From contig NC_086097.1 of assembly GCF_963921235.1 (NCBI RefSeq), positions 245,646,001 through 245,710,000 of the forward strand: a stretch of DNA of 64,000 nucleotides, read 5' to 3'. Below, piece by piece: positions 63,367 through 64,000 of the stretch (position 1 is its first letter; each line of letters begins with the position of its first letter). The translations under genes and the position numbers were made by a program. The DNA is from Mobula hypostoma. Lineage: Eukaryota. Below the pieces are notes generated by a model. It was not told the origin of the DNA and did no database searches. It worked only from the letters and a program-made list of their open reading frames with translations.

Positions 63367-64000
63367 TCTTTCAATATTCAATAGGTTTCAATGAGAACCC
63401 CCTGCCCATTCTTATGAACTCCAGTGAGTATTGTACCAGAACCATCAAACTCTCCTCATAACGGGACCCTAACAAGACGGTACCTGGCCATTAGATTGCT
63501 GATGTCGAGCAGTGGTTCCCAGTGACAGACGGGTTTCCACTTATTCAGTTCGTCTCAGACCTCTGTGTGTAGCAGCACATTCACATCAGTTTGAGATTTG
63601 GTGAAGTTCTAATGGATTACAAGCTGACAGGTTACAAGTAACCTGATAAAGTTTAATTAGTACCACTGACAATAGGTTTATTTGAGAATTAAGTTTTAAG
63701 AATGTTGTATTTTCCTTCTCCCATTTCTAATAATTCTATCAGGTATTTCTATTGTATTTTTTTATTTTCCCGTAAATTAAAGTTCAAAGTAAAATTTATT
63801 ATCAGTCACCACATACAACCCTGTGAATCTTTTTCCTGTGGGCATACTTAACAAATCTATAGAACAGTGACTGTAAACAAAATCAATGAACAACAAGCGA
63901 GTATAAATAAATCGCGATAAATAACAAGTATGAAATAACATGAAATGATACAGCGTGAAGAAAGAAGAGAAAGAGTCCTTAAAGTGAGACCATTGGTTGT

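Larger units (their letters stand above)
62063..63460 (-). mobile_element. Old CR1 3' fragment hosting two insertions
   Basis: CR1 3' UTR (ccataagacactggagcagaattaggccattcggccc) and ORF2 C-terminal remnants on both sides of the inserts. Confidence 0.85.

Overview
Repeat-dense vertebrate genomic DNA. The repeat mix (CR1 LINEs, HE1-like tRNA/V-domain SINEs, Neptune-type Penelope-like elements) suggests a cartilaginous fish, probably a ray; this is inference. The only host coding sequence I can support is one 106-bp spliced exon at 36313-36418 (+), which the ORF track misses in its correct frame. It encodes the GLI N-terminal motif [22 protein letters not shown] and is closest to GLI3, so the window is probably two large GLI introns. 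Most listed ORFs are TE fragments or their antisense shadows. TEs include two young near-identical CR1 copies in opposite orientation, many older CR1 and Rex1/Babar-like 3' fragments, Penelope-like fragments, four solo LTRs with TSDs, Tc1/Tigger/hAT non-autonomous elements, RTE-related short elements and a 35-bp minisatellite. Most interesting signals: (1) minimal type I hammerhead ribozyme motifs in the Penelope-like termini, one with an intact core on the GLI sense strand (63268-63303); (2) a U_UUA_AAC slippery heptamer at the CR1 ORF1 stop whose -1 frame is an ORF2 lacking an AUG before its endonuclease domain; (3) long inverted TE pairs bracketing the GLI exon; (4) repeat-free enhancer-like islands. 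Boundaries of old fragments are approximate; TSD and motif coordinates were read directly.
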